A stretch of DNA of 64,000 nucleotides, taken from assembly GCA_963827755.1 (NCBI GenBank), contig CAWHCQ010000009.1, forward strand, positions 32,001-96,000, read 5' to 3'. The number at the start of each line of letters is the position of its first letter. Position 1 is the stretch's first letter. Under the pieces are notes generated by a model, which did no database searches, had not been told where the DNA came from, and saw only the letters and a list, made by a program, of their open reading frames with translations. Shown piece by piece: positions 39,520 through 48,599 of this stretch. The position numbers were made by a program, and so were the translations under genes. The DNA is from an uncultured Gammaproteobacteria bacterium (GTDB lineage: Bacteria > Pseudomonadota > Gammaproteobacteria > UBA9214).

Positions 39520-40230
39520 ATGAGAAGGAAACACGCCCGTACCCGCATCATTTTACTGCTAGCCGGCCTGTTGCTGGCATGTTCTGCAGCCGCACAGGAA
39601 CAAAGCATCCGCCCGGACATCAACCGTCACTTCGTCGATCCGGACTGGCAACAGTGGGTCAACACCTTCGAGCGCCCCGGTCGTGAAGTCTACGACAAGC
39701 GTCATGCCATCGTCGCCGCCAGCAAGGTCCGTCCCGGCATGGCGGTCGCCGATATCGGTGCCGGCACCGGCCTGTTTACCCGCCTGTTTGCCACCGCCGT
39801 CGAACCGGGCGGCACCGTCTATGCCATCGATATCGCCAGCAGCTTTATCGACAATATCCTGCGTACCTGCCGCGAACAGGGACTAATGAATGTGACGGGC
39901 ATCGTCAACACGCCCGTTGATACCGGACTGCCGGCAGACTCCATCGACCTTGCCTTTATCACCGACACCTACCATCACTTTGAATATCCGCAGCAGACAC
40001 TGGCTTCCATATACCAGGCGCTGCGCAGCGAGGGACGCGTCATCATTATCGACTTTCGTCGCGACCCGCGCATCAGCTCGAACTGGGTTATGGGACACGT
40101 ACGCGGCAACAGGGCACAGGTCATTCAGGAAATGAAGGTGGCCGGCTTCCGGCTTGTGGATGACAAACCACTGATGCGAACCAACTACTTTCTGGAGTTT
40201 GTCAAATCTGGTAACAAAAAAGGCGAGTAG
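39520..40230 (+). CDS. Class I SAM-dependent methyltransferase with signal peptide
   Basis: VADIGAGTG, AIDI, DTYHHFEYP; N-terminus ..LLACSAAA. Confidence 0.85.
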   Translation: MRRKHARTRIILLLAGLLLACSAAAQEQSIRPDINRHFVDPDWQQWVNTFERPGREVYDKRHAIVAASKVRPGMAVADIGAGTGLFTRLFATAVEPGGTVYAIDIASSFIDNILRTCREQGLMNVTGIVNTPVDTGLPADSIDLAFITDTYHHFEYPQQTLASIYQALRSEGRVIIIDFRRDPRISSNWVMGHVRGNRAQVIQEMKVAGFRLVDDKPLMRTNYFLEFVKSGNKKGE

Positions 40231-40246
40231 CTACAGAAAAAGCTAC

Positions 40247-40300
40247 GGGTGTCAGAGCACACTACCACTTGTATCAGGGTTAAATGTGCTGACACTCTTT
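40247..40300 (+). repeat. Hairpin element family A
   Basis: GGGTGTCAGAGCACAC..CTTGTATCAGGGTTAAATGTGCTGACAC. Confidence 0.75.
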
Positions 40301-40319
40301 TCTCTGTTAACCGCTCCAC

Positions 40320-40349
40320 AAAAAGCCCGGCAGTCATCGCCGGGCTTTT
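40320..40349 (-). terminator. Rho-independent terminator
   Basis: AAAAAGCCCGG-loop-CCGGGCTTTT; lies 20 nt after the OmpA-remnant stop. Confidence 0.75.
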
Positions 40350-40368
40350 GCACGTCTGCTTGACACGG

Positions 40369-40495
40369 CTACTGTTGCCGCAATTCCACCCGGCGGTTCA
40401 TCGCCCGCCCGTCCTTCGTGCCATTGTCCGCAACGGGTTCAGCTTCACCATAACCCCTGGCCGTGAGTCTGGCGGCGTTCGCGCCATGCTTGAAG
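40369..40495 (-). pseudogene. 3' remnant of an OmpA-family gene
   Basis: RLTARGYGEAEPVADNGTKDGRAMNRRVELRQQ-stop, with no upstream part of the gene. Confidence 0.75.
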
Positions 40496-40602
40496 GAAAA
40501 TGCAATCTGAATCAACGGGATCGGATGCCCTGCTGTCCCACACTCCATCCCCTCAGGGGGAGGGCCGGGCTGTAAATTCACCGCAGAAGAACAAATACAA
40601 AT

Positions 40603-41376
40603 TCACCCCCCGGCCAACCCCTCCAGCCAGTTCGCAACGGCCTCGACCAGGTCATCTTCCCGCCCGTCAAAGAAATGATTCGCCCCGTCAATCTCGACCT
40701 GCTTATAGCCGCGGTTACCCGCCTTCCCGGCCGCCTGCGCACGCGCACCGGCGCTCCCCAGCACCCCCTCGAGATCCTCACTCCCGTAGAGGTCCAGCAC
40801 CGGCAGCGTAATCCCCCCGAGCGAGCGCACGCCGTCCATGCGCGGATCCTCCGACCCCTGCATGCCGATGGCCACAAAGCCCTGCACGTCCGGTTTCGCG
40901 CCGGCGAGGTAATAAGCGGTCATCGCGGCCCCCATGCTGTGGCCGATCAGCACCACCTCTTTAGCACCCTTCGCTTTCAGGTAGGCAACCGCCGCATCGA
41001 TGCGCGGGGCGACCTCGTCGAACAGCGGCGCGTACTCGGCGTGTTCGGCCTCGTTGGCCAGCACGGGCATCTGGATGGACAGGGTGTTCCAGTCGTGCGC
41101 GGCCAGTTCAACGCGCAGCGGCTGGATCACCTGCTGCCAGTCCGGGTGGATGCCGGTCCCGTGCATCACCACGACAGCGCGGCCCTTGTCCTCAGCGGCC
41201 TCGGTATAAATCCCGAGAAAATCATGAGCACCGTCGTTCAGCCAGACCGCCTCGCCGTCCATGATGGCGTCGACCACCTGGTTCGCCCAGCGTTTTTCCT
41301 TGGCAAGGTCCGAGGCCTGCAGGGTAGCGCTTAAGCTAAACAGTGAAATTGCCAGGAACCTGGTCAATGCGTGCAT
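40603..41376 (-). CDS. Exported alpha/beta hydrolase (DUF3530-like)
   Basis: Signal peptide; IGHSMG, LDLYGSED, GANHFF. Confidence 0.8.
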   Translation of the reverse strand: MHALTRFLAISLFSLSATLQASDLAKEKRWANQVVDAIMDGEAVWLNDGAHDFLGIYTEAAEDKGRAVVVMHGTGIHPDWQQVIQPLRVELAAHDWNTLSIQMPVLANEAEHAEYAPLFDEVAPRIDAAVAYLKAKGAKEVVLIGHSMGAAMTAYYLAGAKPDVQGFVAIGMQGSEDPRMDGVRSLGGITLPVLDLYGSEDLEGVLGSAGARAQAAGKAGNRGYKQVEIDGANHFFDGREDDLVEAVANWLEGLAGG

Positions 41377-41415
41377 GGGATTCTCCTCCGGGTGATCGGG
41401 TGGGATAAATGGAGT

Positions 41416-41478
41416 AAAGGGTGTCAGAACACATTTAACACTAATATATAAGGAACAAATGCGCTCTGACAACCTTTA
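41416..41478 (-). repeat. Hairpin element family A
   Basis: GGGTGTCAGAACACATTTAACACTAATATATAAGGAACAAATGCGCTCTGACAACC. Confidence 0.8.
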
Positions 41479-41480
41479 TC

Positions 41481-41855
41481 CTACTTCTTGAACAACTCGT
41501 CCAGCTTCTCATGCGCCGGGGCTTCCTCGCTGCGGGTTTCTGATGCAGCCCCGGAGGGCTCACTCCCGAACAAGGCGTCCAGCGCCTGGTGCGACGCAAC
41601 AGTCTGATCCGCGGACGCAGTAAAGGCATGCGGATTGATCTGGAAATAACCACAGAAATTAGCCCGCAGCTTATCGGACACGAGGTCGGCAACCGGCTCC
41701 CGACATTGCTGCGCCAAAGTGGTATCGAAAAACACACACATCCGGCACACGTGCAGCTGTGCCCGGCAGTGAGGACATTCCTCGTGACGTGCCAGCGGCA
41801 ACAACAGATCCGGCAGCGCCCCGCCGCATTTCCAGCATTCATATGTTTCGATCAT
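41481..41855 (-). CDS. Cys-rich zinc-binding hypothetical protein
   Basis: CWKC, CPHC, CRMC, C..ANFCGYF. Confidence 0.75.
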   Translation of the reverse strand: MIETYECWKCGGALPDLLLPLARHEECPHCRAQLHVCRMCVFFDTTLAQQCREPVADLVSDKLRANFCGYFQINPHAFTASADQTVASHQALDALFGSEPSGAASETRSEEAPAHEKLDELFKK

Positions 41856-41908
41856 GGAAGACTCCATACAGATACTTGTGCTCTGACGCACTTTTCTCCT
41901 CTGCAAAG

Positions 41909-42008
41909 ATCAACAGGGTCGGACCTTTTTTATCCGCTATTGATTCATCCGTCATCCCGGCGAAGGCCGGGATCCGGCAATTTCAATCGAGTCTGACCCT
42001 GTTAATTC
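41909..42008. mobile_element. ~100-bp composite MITE/REPIN-like element (family B ends with an internal CGTCATCCC REP)
   Basis: Inverted ends ATCAACAGGGTC..GACCCTGTTAAT; near-identical copy at 43720-43821. Confidence 0.65.
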
Positions 42009-42013
42009 TGGCC

Positions 42014-42409
42014 TCACCGCTCCCATTCCTCAAACTGCGGGGCCGTTCCGCCGATGTGGTCCCAAGGCGCCTTTGACCCAACAAAGATGTGTGCCCGAAT
42101 CTCAACGCCCGGGTCGCCATTGACGGTTCCAAGAGCGACACCGTGAACCTGGCCTTTGTACGTGCCGCACAACGTCGTCCCGCATGTTGCACAGAAACAC
42201 AATCCCCATTCCAGCCCGGATGAATATCGCCGTATGTTATCGCCGCCGGCAACCCAGCTGAATGAAGCGGGATCTGCCAACTCCGCATAGGCTGACGATG
42301 CGCCACTAAATGCCTTGCGGCATTGCGAACAGTGGCAGGATCGAGCGTTCGTAAGGACGCCGTCGATTCGATATTTCACTGTCCCACAGAAACATTCACC
42401 CTCGATCAA
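42014..42409 (-). CDS. GFA family protein
   Basis: GECFCG, CHCSQCRK, FCATCG, HIFVGSKAPW. Confidence 0.88.
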   Translation of the reverse strand: MIEGECFCGTVKYRIDGVLTNARSCHCSQCRKAFSGASSAYAELADPASFSWVAGGDNIRRYSSGLEWGLCFCATCGTTLCGTYKGQVHGVALGTVNGDPGVEIRAHIFVGSKAPWDHIGGTAPQFEEWER

Positions 42410-42480
42410 GTTATCTGTTCCTCGCTCAATGACGTCCGATCAACAGGCCCGGACCGGGCCTTTTGATTCTACTCATTTAC

Positions 42481-43668
42481 TCAATTGGCAGAAAGGTGGA
42501 GCATGGCTTCGTTCTGGTCAATGAAAAACCGGAAGTGGTTCAGAAAATTCATGCCCAGCAAGCCGTCCACACTCGGCATGCCGGCCAGGTCCAGCACACC
42601 GATTTCGAGTTGGCTGACTTGCCAGTCACCCACCGAAAGGGCATCGAGTGTATAAACAGGTGCCCGGACCGTGCCATTTGCTGTATTAAAGGCAGCGGTC
42701 CTGCCGGTATCCCGATAGCGGATGCCATGTTGCTCAAGCACATCGGGTGTGAAAATCGTCATGGATGCACCCGTATCGATGAGCAGCCGTATGCTCCGCC
42801 CACGCACCGGTCTCGCGTCAACAATATAATGATTGCCGCTGCGTTGTAATGGTATGCCGACAGCCCCGGTCGCAGGATCCCCCGGCGCCATGTCCTGCAT
42901 CCCGGCCAATGCAATGCCCAGCTCAGCGAGCATCGCCTGTGCCTGTTCACCGACATCAGGGTCCTGTGCTACCAGCAGTAATGAACGACGCGCAGCCTGT
43001 TTGTCGTCAAGCGCCAGTTGTACGGCGGCCAGCCCCATGAACCAGGGTGCATGATCCGGTTCGAGCGCGATGAGGCGCTGGTACAACGAAAGCAACGCGT
43101 ATTGATCGTCGTTGCGTTTTAGTAATTGGGTCAGTTCGGCCACAATGGAGCGAATACGCACGGCTATACGCGCCCGCATGGCCGGGCGATAGGCATGGCC
43201 CCTGGCCTCGTAGAGCTGATCAATCGCTGCGTGCAAGTCTTGCTGGCCGTGATACGCAGCCGCCAACAGGATTCGCGCCTCCACATCACGGTAGGCGGCG
43301 ACCAGGAAATGCTGCAATAACTGCTCTGCCAGACTGAAACGGCGATCTTCAATGAGCAGATTGGCGTGAGACAGAATTTTTGTTCTGGCATCTGCCACCG
43401 CTGCGTCGCTCGCGTGAGCCTGTAATGACTCATAGCGCTGCAGTACCGCCTCGAATTCATTGCGCTCCAGCAGATTCACCAGGTTATCCATATGACCGGG
43501 CGCCGTCGGTGAAAAGACGGCTGTTTCATCCGGGTTAACGGGGTTCGCTGGAGTGAGGCTACCGGGCTGTGCTGACTGTCCCGGATCAGTACCCCAATAA
43601 TTGTACGCATACCAACCAAGGCCACAGCCTGCCATAAATATCAGTAAACCGAGGATAAGTTTGCGCAT
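42481..43668 (-). CDS. Retropepsin-like (clan AA) aspartic protease with TPR-like region
   Basis: LLIDTGAS, TANG, GLLGMNFL; N-terminal TM. Confidence 0.88.
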   Translation of the reverse strand: MRKLILGLLIFMAGCGLGWYAYNYWGTDPGQSAQPGSLTPANPVNPDETAVFSPTAPGHMDNLVNLLERNEFEAVLQRYESLQAHASDAAVADARTKILSHANLLIEDRRFSLAEQLLQHFLVAAYRDVEARILLAAAYHGQQDLHAAIDQLYEARGHAYRPAMRARIAVRIRSIVAELTQLLKRNDDQYALLSLYQRLIALEPDHAPWFMGLAAVQLALDDKQAARRSLLLVAQDPDVGEQAQAMLAELGIALAGMQDMAPGDPATGAVGIPLQRSGNHYIVDARPVRGRSIRLLIDTGASMTIFTPDVLEQHGIRYRDTGRTAAFNTANGTVRAPVYTLDALSVGDWQVSQLEIGVLDLAGMPSVDGLLGMNFLNHFRFFIDQNEAMLHLSAN

Positions 43669-43719
43669 GGTTGGTGGTACCCGCTTAATGGTGTCGCTTA
43701 ATTGAATCAATAGAATTGA

Positions 43720-43821
43720 ATCAATAGGTTCAGACTCCTTTGATCCGCTATTGTTTCATCCGTCATCCCCGCGAAGAGGCCGGGATCCAGCAATTTCAAT
43801 CGAGACTGACCCTGTTGATTT
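43720..43821. mobile_element. Second copy of the ~100-bp composite element
   Basis: ATCAATAGGTTCAGACTC..CGTCATCCCCGCG..GAGACTGACCCTGTTGAT. Confidence 0.65.
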
Positions 43822-43840
43822 TTCCGACACCTTTAACTCA

Positions 43841-44194
43841 TTACTCATCAACAATAACCTCGAACCCTCCAAAGATCATGCGTCTTCCATCAAACGGCAT
43901 GGGATTACTCTCCGGATGCAACCGTGGATCGGCCATGGCCTGCTTCATGCCTGCATTACGGGCTTCTTTTGAGGGCCAGGCAATCCACGAAAAAACGACT
44001 GTTTCATTCGCCTGGCATTTTACCGCCAGGGGAAAAGAAGTGACTTCCCCATCCGGAACATCATCCCCCCAGCACTCCACCAGTTTCAACGCGCCATGTT
44101 CCTTGAAAACGGCGGCTGCGGCCTGCGCGTGCTTTTTGTAGACCGCTTTATTTTCATCAGGTACCGCAACAACAAATCCGTCAATATATGTCAT
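43841..44194 (-). CDS. DUF1428 family protein (YbaA-like)
   Basis: YIDGFVVAVP, ECWGDDVP, PFDGRRMIFGGF. Confidence 0.92.
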   Translation of the reverse strand: MTYIDGFVVAVPDENKAVYKKHAQAAAAVFKEHGALKLVECWGDDVPDGEVTSFPLAVKCQANETVVFSWIAWPSKEARNAGMKQAMADPRLHPESNPMPFDGRRMIFGGFEVIVDE

Positions 44195-44783
44195 AGGAAT
44201 TCCTCCCCTGGGAAACACTACGCTGGTACGCACACTGAATCATGCCCGGGTCCCTGGCGGCTTGTGTACACAGCCGCTCCGCCCGCGGCCGGATGCCGAC
44301 CCGCCCAAGATCAAGCCGGTCGGCATCCCAGCAGGTTTGTACCGTTATATTGCACGGTGCACGGGGTCGGACCTACGCAACTCACTGACATCACTCGATA
44401 CTTACCCATGATAAAGGTTATTTTCGGGCTTAAAATGCCTGTTCTGGCCACAATATGGTACCTGCAAGGTCTACGAGGCACTCAAGATCCTCCAGTATTC
44501 TCTGTGCGAGAAATCGCGCCTTCGCAATTTCTTGTATGCGTTATTTTGACCCTGAAAAATACCATCTAAGACAGGTTTGCGATCTGAATTAACGTGTTTA
44601 TTGAGCTAATTCAACCGGTTGACGAGGTCCGACCCTTGGATACTCCCATTCAACCCGAGAATCTCTTAATGCAGCTGTATCTATGATGTCCAGCGACAAA
44701 AGGGGCCTGATACAATTTTCGAGTTTAATCAGAAAATGTATCCGGCCCCTTTTCCGCCTCTGATTTGATTTACTGCACAGAGA

Positions 44784-45215
44784 CTATTGCCACCCAATCA
44801 CACTGTAGCTTTTTTCGGACAGGCATTTGTTCACGAAATTCATAAACAGTGGCGAAGTCTCCGTCATTTGCAGACCACCGCTTACCATACCGGCTGCCGC
44901 GCCGGCCGCCGCGCCGGCGAGGGCGCGATTTCCGACATCATGAGAACTATCACGCACCGCCCCCCAGGCCGCAGCCGAAGTGCCGCCTATGGCGGCACCA
45001 CCCACGGTCTTGCGGCCAATATCGCCGTCTTTTCTTTGGTTGACGCTCGAAGCGCGGGCTAATGCAAAACATGCAGCGATATCCTGCTGCGCCTTCTGTT
45101 CACCTACCGATTTCAGATGGTTATTGGGATACAGCACCGGTTGCTTTGGCTTGGTGGCACAACCGCTGATGCCGGCCGCTGCAAGCGTGGCAATACACAA
45201 CAGGCAGCATGCCAT
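44784..45215 (-). CDS. Glycine-zipper lipoprotein
   Basis: Lipobox ISGC; GAAIGG..AGAAAGAAAG; VNKCLSEKSYSVIGWQ. Confidence 0.75.
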   Translation of the reverse strand: MACCLLCIATLAAAGISGCATKPKQPVLYPNNHLKSVGEQKAQQDIAACFALARASSVNQRKDGDIGRKTVGGAAIGGTSAAAWGAVRDSSHDVGNRALAGAAAGAAAGMVSGGLQMTETSPLFMNFVNKCLSEKSYSVIGWQ

Positions 45216-45295
45216 TTTTCTACTATTCACGAAACGAATGGATGTCCACATCATAAGTATGCATTTCCCAACTAAAAGGGGCCGGATACATTTTC

Positions 45296-46072
45296 CTAGC
45301 TGTAAAGCACAGGCGCGCCAGCTTGCTGATGAATCTGATTACATGCCTGCTGTGAAATCCCCATACCTTGCGCCAACTCATGTAAATACTGTGCTTCGGC
45401 TTTGGAATCCAGGTCAATCGAGGTCAGCGACATAAGATAGACCTGTTGTTCCATCCCTTTTGGAATGCTGCGAATAAAGGCAGCCGTGTCCAGCGGCGCA
45501 GACATTTCATCACGGAGGAATCGCTTTTCCGACTCGGAAACATCACCCAGGTGTTCGACGATCCGCTCTTGCTCGGCCTTGTCGATTTGACCATCGGATT
45601 TGGCGGCATTGAGCATTGCCCGCAGCAAAATCTCTGCCTGGTGTTCCTGGTCAACCGTGGGCTGTATCTGCGCTGCCTGCCGGGAGTCACCCATAAAAGA
45701 ACCAAGAATATCGCCGATGTCACCACCCTGTTTTGCAGCGCCACCACCAGACAGGCCGCTGAGCAAACCACCCAGTCCGCCGGCACTGCCGCTTTTATTG
45801 CCGCCCAGCAGTCCGCCCAGTGCGCCGGCAATACCGCCACCACCACCGCCGGCACTCGCGCTTTTATTGCCACCCAGCAGCCCGCCCAGTGCGCCGGCAA
45901 TACCGCCACCACCACCGCCGGCACTCGCGCTTTTATTGCCGCCCAGCAGCCCGCCCAGTGCGCCGGCAATACCGCCACCGCCACCACCGCCGCTCCTGCT
46001 GCCCGCCATACTGACGCCCTTGGCAACCAAACCTGCCATGACCAACTTGCCCAGCATATTTGACATACTCAT
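45296..46072 (-). CDS. DUF533 / TerB-like tellurite-resistance family protein
   Basis: LLRAMLNAAKSDGQID..E..YLMSLTSIDLDS..YLHELA. Confidence 0.85.
   Translation of the reverse strand: MSMSNMLGKLVMAGLVAKGVSMAGSRSGGGGGGGIAGALGGLLGGNKSASAGGGGGGIAGALGGLLGGNKSASAGGGGGGIAGALGGLLGGNKSGSAGGLGGLLSGLSGGGAAKQGGDIGDILGSFMGDSRQAAQIQPTVDQEHQAEILLRAMLNAAKSDGQIDKAEQERIVEHLGDVSESEKRFLRDEMSAPLDTAAFIRSIPKGMEQQVYLMSLTSIDLDSKAEAQYLHELAQGMGISQQACNQIHQQAGAPVLYS
45780..45992 (-). repeat. In-frame 69-nt tandem repeat, ~3 copies
   Basis: GCTTTTATTGCC recurs at 45791, 45860 and 45929; encodes GGGGGGIAGALGGLLGGNKSASA. Confidence 0.9.
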
Positions 46073-46145
46073 AAGAATTATCCTTTGTATTAAAAGAAAC
46101 GTTAGTTGCGCAAAACCAGGATCAAATAATGACTTTACCCGATTT

Positions 46146-46194
46146 TACCTGAAACCAGGATCTAACCCCGGCGCCTGAATGTTAAAGATTGTGA
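46146..46194 (+). repeat. 49-bp direct repeat, copy 1
   Basis: 46/49 identical to 49989-50037. Confidence 0.9.
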
Positions 46195-46221
46195 ACCACA
46201 GGAGAAGAGGCCCCCGGAGGG

Positions 46222-47646
46222 TCAAAAGCGACCACCGGTACGAAAGCCACCACCGCGGCGTTTCAAGACGGAACCCAGGGTGCCGCCCCGGCGCGAGGAC
46301 GGGATACGCCAGACCTTGCGCGAGCGGCCGAAACCGCCGCTGCCAAAATCCGGGTTGGAACGGGTCTGGCGATAGCGCTGGTTGCGCAGGATGGTGCCCC
46401 ACAGGTCATCGGAACTGGCGACACCGCGCAGGAACTCTTTCATGATCACGGCCAGCAACCCGGTATTGTCGAACTGGGAATGCATGTCGTCGAAGCGTTT
46501 GCGCTTGAAGTTGCGCCTCACGCCTTGCAGTTCCTGCAGACGGGCCAGATGCCGTTCATGCATCTGCTTGTGATGATCCAGGGCATCCTGGTGCTGCCTC
46601 TTCTCGCTGTCTATATTGGCGAGCCTCTGGATGATGCGGTCATCTTGCGGGGTAATCGTCGTCTCGGCATGCTGGCGCAAGGATGAAAAACCTTCACGCT
46701 CGAACTCCGCCACCAGCGTGGCGATGGCCTTGTTGAAGTACTGATCCTCTGCGGCGGCAAACAGGGCCTGGTCCTGCAACAGCCGGTTGAAGGTCTCTTC
46801 TTCCTGCTGGATGCGCTGATCGATCTTGCGCAGTGCCGCTTCGGCCTGTTCCACTGCCGCGCGCTGTACAGGGATGCCGTCTTCATCCGCAGCCGCCGCC
46901 TCCAGCGCTTCCAGGGCCGCAAAGGCTGCATCGGCATCGCTGCGCACCCGCTGTGCATGCTCGCCCAGCCGGGCCGGAATCTCGAGCAACATGGCGTAGT
47001 TGGGACGGGCCGCGTGATAAGCGCACAAACGCGCCACCTTCGCATCGAGAAAGCGGGCCAGGGGTCCGGCCGAATAGCGTGATGTTCCGTAGTGTCTTTT
47101 CCACAGATACATAAACAGCGAATCCGCCTCATAGGGTTCGCCTTTCTCGACCCGGTCCGCTGCAGCCTGTGTCGTCTTTTCTTCCGCCTGTATGGCAATT
47201 TCGTCAGCGGCATGCGCGGCTGCAAGCAGTTCCTTGTGGGCCGGATCCTCCTGCAGGCGCTGCTGGGTCGCGGCCTCCATCGAATCGAGTCGTTCGGCGG
47301 CCTGGTCGACCTGCTGATGCATGGCTTCACGTTCAACATCCAGGTCATCCTCTGCCTGTTGTGATGCCTCGATACGTGACTGCAGTGCCTGCAAGGCCTG
47401 CTCGCGTTCTCCAAGCAATGTCTGTACGCGCCGATCGGCGGCATCGAGCCCCGTAATGACCTCCCCCCTGACCAGTTGATCAAGCCGGATTTCGGCCAGC
47501 TGCCGGTAGCCATCCGCTTCTTCCTGCCGCAGATGCACCAGCTTCCTGCTGGTGATTTGAACCTGGGTATCGAGCTCGCTGACCTGCTGGCGCACCTGGC
47601 GCAGGCCCTGGTCGATCGAAGTGAGTGTTTGCTGGCCGCTCCACAT
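46222..47646 (-). CDS. Long coiled-coil hypothetical protein
   Basis: Heptad-rich; KGEPYEADSLFMYLWKRHYGT; Gly/Arg tail ending GGFRTGGRF. Confidence 0.8.
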   Translation of the reverse strand: MWSGQQTLTSIDQGLRQVRQQVSELDTQVQITSRKLVHLRQEEADGYRQLAEIRLDQLVRGEVITGLDAADRRVQTLLGEREQALQALQSRIEASQQAEDDLDVEREAMHQQVDQAAERLDSMEAATQQRLQEDPAHKELLAAAHAADEIAIQAEEKTTQAAADRVEKGEPYEADSLFMYLWKRHYGTSRYSAGPLARFLDAKVARLCAYHAARPNYAMLLEIPARLGEHAQRVRSDADAAFAALEALEAAAADEDGIPVQRAAVEQAEAALRKIDQRIQQEEETFNRLLQDQALFAAAEDQYFNKAIATLVAEFEREGFSSLRQHAETTITPQDDRIIQRLANIDSEKRQHQDALDHHKQMHERHLARLQELQGVRRNFKRKRFDDMHSQFDNTGLLAVIMKEFLRGVASSDDLWGTILRNQRYRQTRSNPDFGSGGFGRSRKVWRIPSSRRGGTLGSVLKRRGGGFRTGGRF

Positions 47647-47654
47647 AATCAGGT

Positions 47655-48569
47655 CTACCAGGCGGTGAGCGCGGCGCCGGTCGTCGGCATGGCATAGTCG
47701 GGTGTCAGCTGGCCGCGCCGCTTCACACCAAAATCGCGCTGCTGGATAATCCCGTCGTCGCTTTTATCGGCGGCGATTTGTTCATACAGCTGTTCGCTTA
47801 CCCGCAGCGCCCATTTATTTACTTTATAGATCTTGCCGTCCTCTTCATTGCGAACAGGAAGTGTCAGTGTGCTGCCGTCCTCTGTCAGCGCCTCGACGAT
47901 AACGTAGTAGTTACGGGCATCGGTGTTGACATCGGGCATGCGCCATACGCCACTGGATTCACCCGGCCGCGATACGATGCGTACGCTGTATTCCTGCTCA
48001 AGCTGCGCGCGCAGCTCCTTCAGGGAGACAACCGCTTTCCCGGCTGCATCGGCATCCTCTTCGCGCAAGGCCGCCTGGCCCTGAAGGAGATACTGCTGCG
48101 CACGTTCGCGCGCCTCGGGCACCTCGGTCAGTTCGATAATGGCCTGGCGCTGCGTGGCCAGTTCGCCGGGGAGTGCTGCCAGGCGACGTTGCTGCGGGCC
48201 GCTGATCATCGTTGTGTAGACAATCGCTACCGCAAGGATCATGGCCAGGATCGCCAGCAGCGCCTTGCCCCAGGTACCCCGGGTGATGTAGATGTGTGCG
48301 AGGGTGACGCGCCAGCCCGGTTCGGGCGGCGTGTAGACAAAGCGCTCCTCATCCAGGGCCGCAACACCTTCGGCCAGTACATGATCGGGAACATCGATAC
48401 CCTGGGCGGCATAGATTTCGCGCAGCCGTTTGATCAGCGTTTGCTCGCGCGCTTCTGTATTCAGCTCACGCTCGACCAGCAATTGTCGATGCCGGAGTGT
48501 GTCGACCACATCCATTGCCAGCATGACATCATCGAGGGGATGCCTGGTTGCGGTATCTGTCCCGGCCAT
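47655..48569 (-). CDS. DUF6384-like membrane protein
   Basis: LDDVMLAMDVVDTLRH, LREIYAAQGIDVPD, DKSDDGII. Confidence 0.7.
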   Translation of the reverse strand: MAGTDTATRHPLDDVMLAMDVVDTLRHRQLLVERELNTEAREQTLIKRLREIYAAQGIDVPDHVLAEGVAALDEERFVYTPPEPGWRVTLAHIYITRGTWGKALLAILAMILAVAIVYTTMISGPQQRRLAALPGELATQRQAIIELTEVPEARERAQQYLLQGQAALREEDADAAGKAVVSLKELRAQLEQEYSVRIVSRPGESSGVWRMPDVNTDARNYYVIVEALTEDGSTLTLPVRNEEDGKIYKVNKWALRVSEQLYEQIAADKSDDGIIQQRDFGVKRRGQLTPDYAMPTTGAALTAW

Positions 48570-48599
48570 TGTCTGGAACTGCCTGTTGTCCGGGTTCTG

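Noticed and set aside
46145-46402. Short ORFs 46145-46402 and 49988-50239 sharing the C-terminus TIFNIQAPG.DPGFR
   Set aside because: Translation by-product of the 49-bp DNA repeat; the upstream parts are unrelated.
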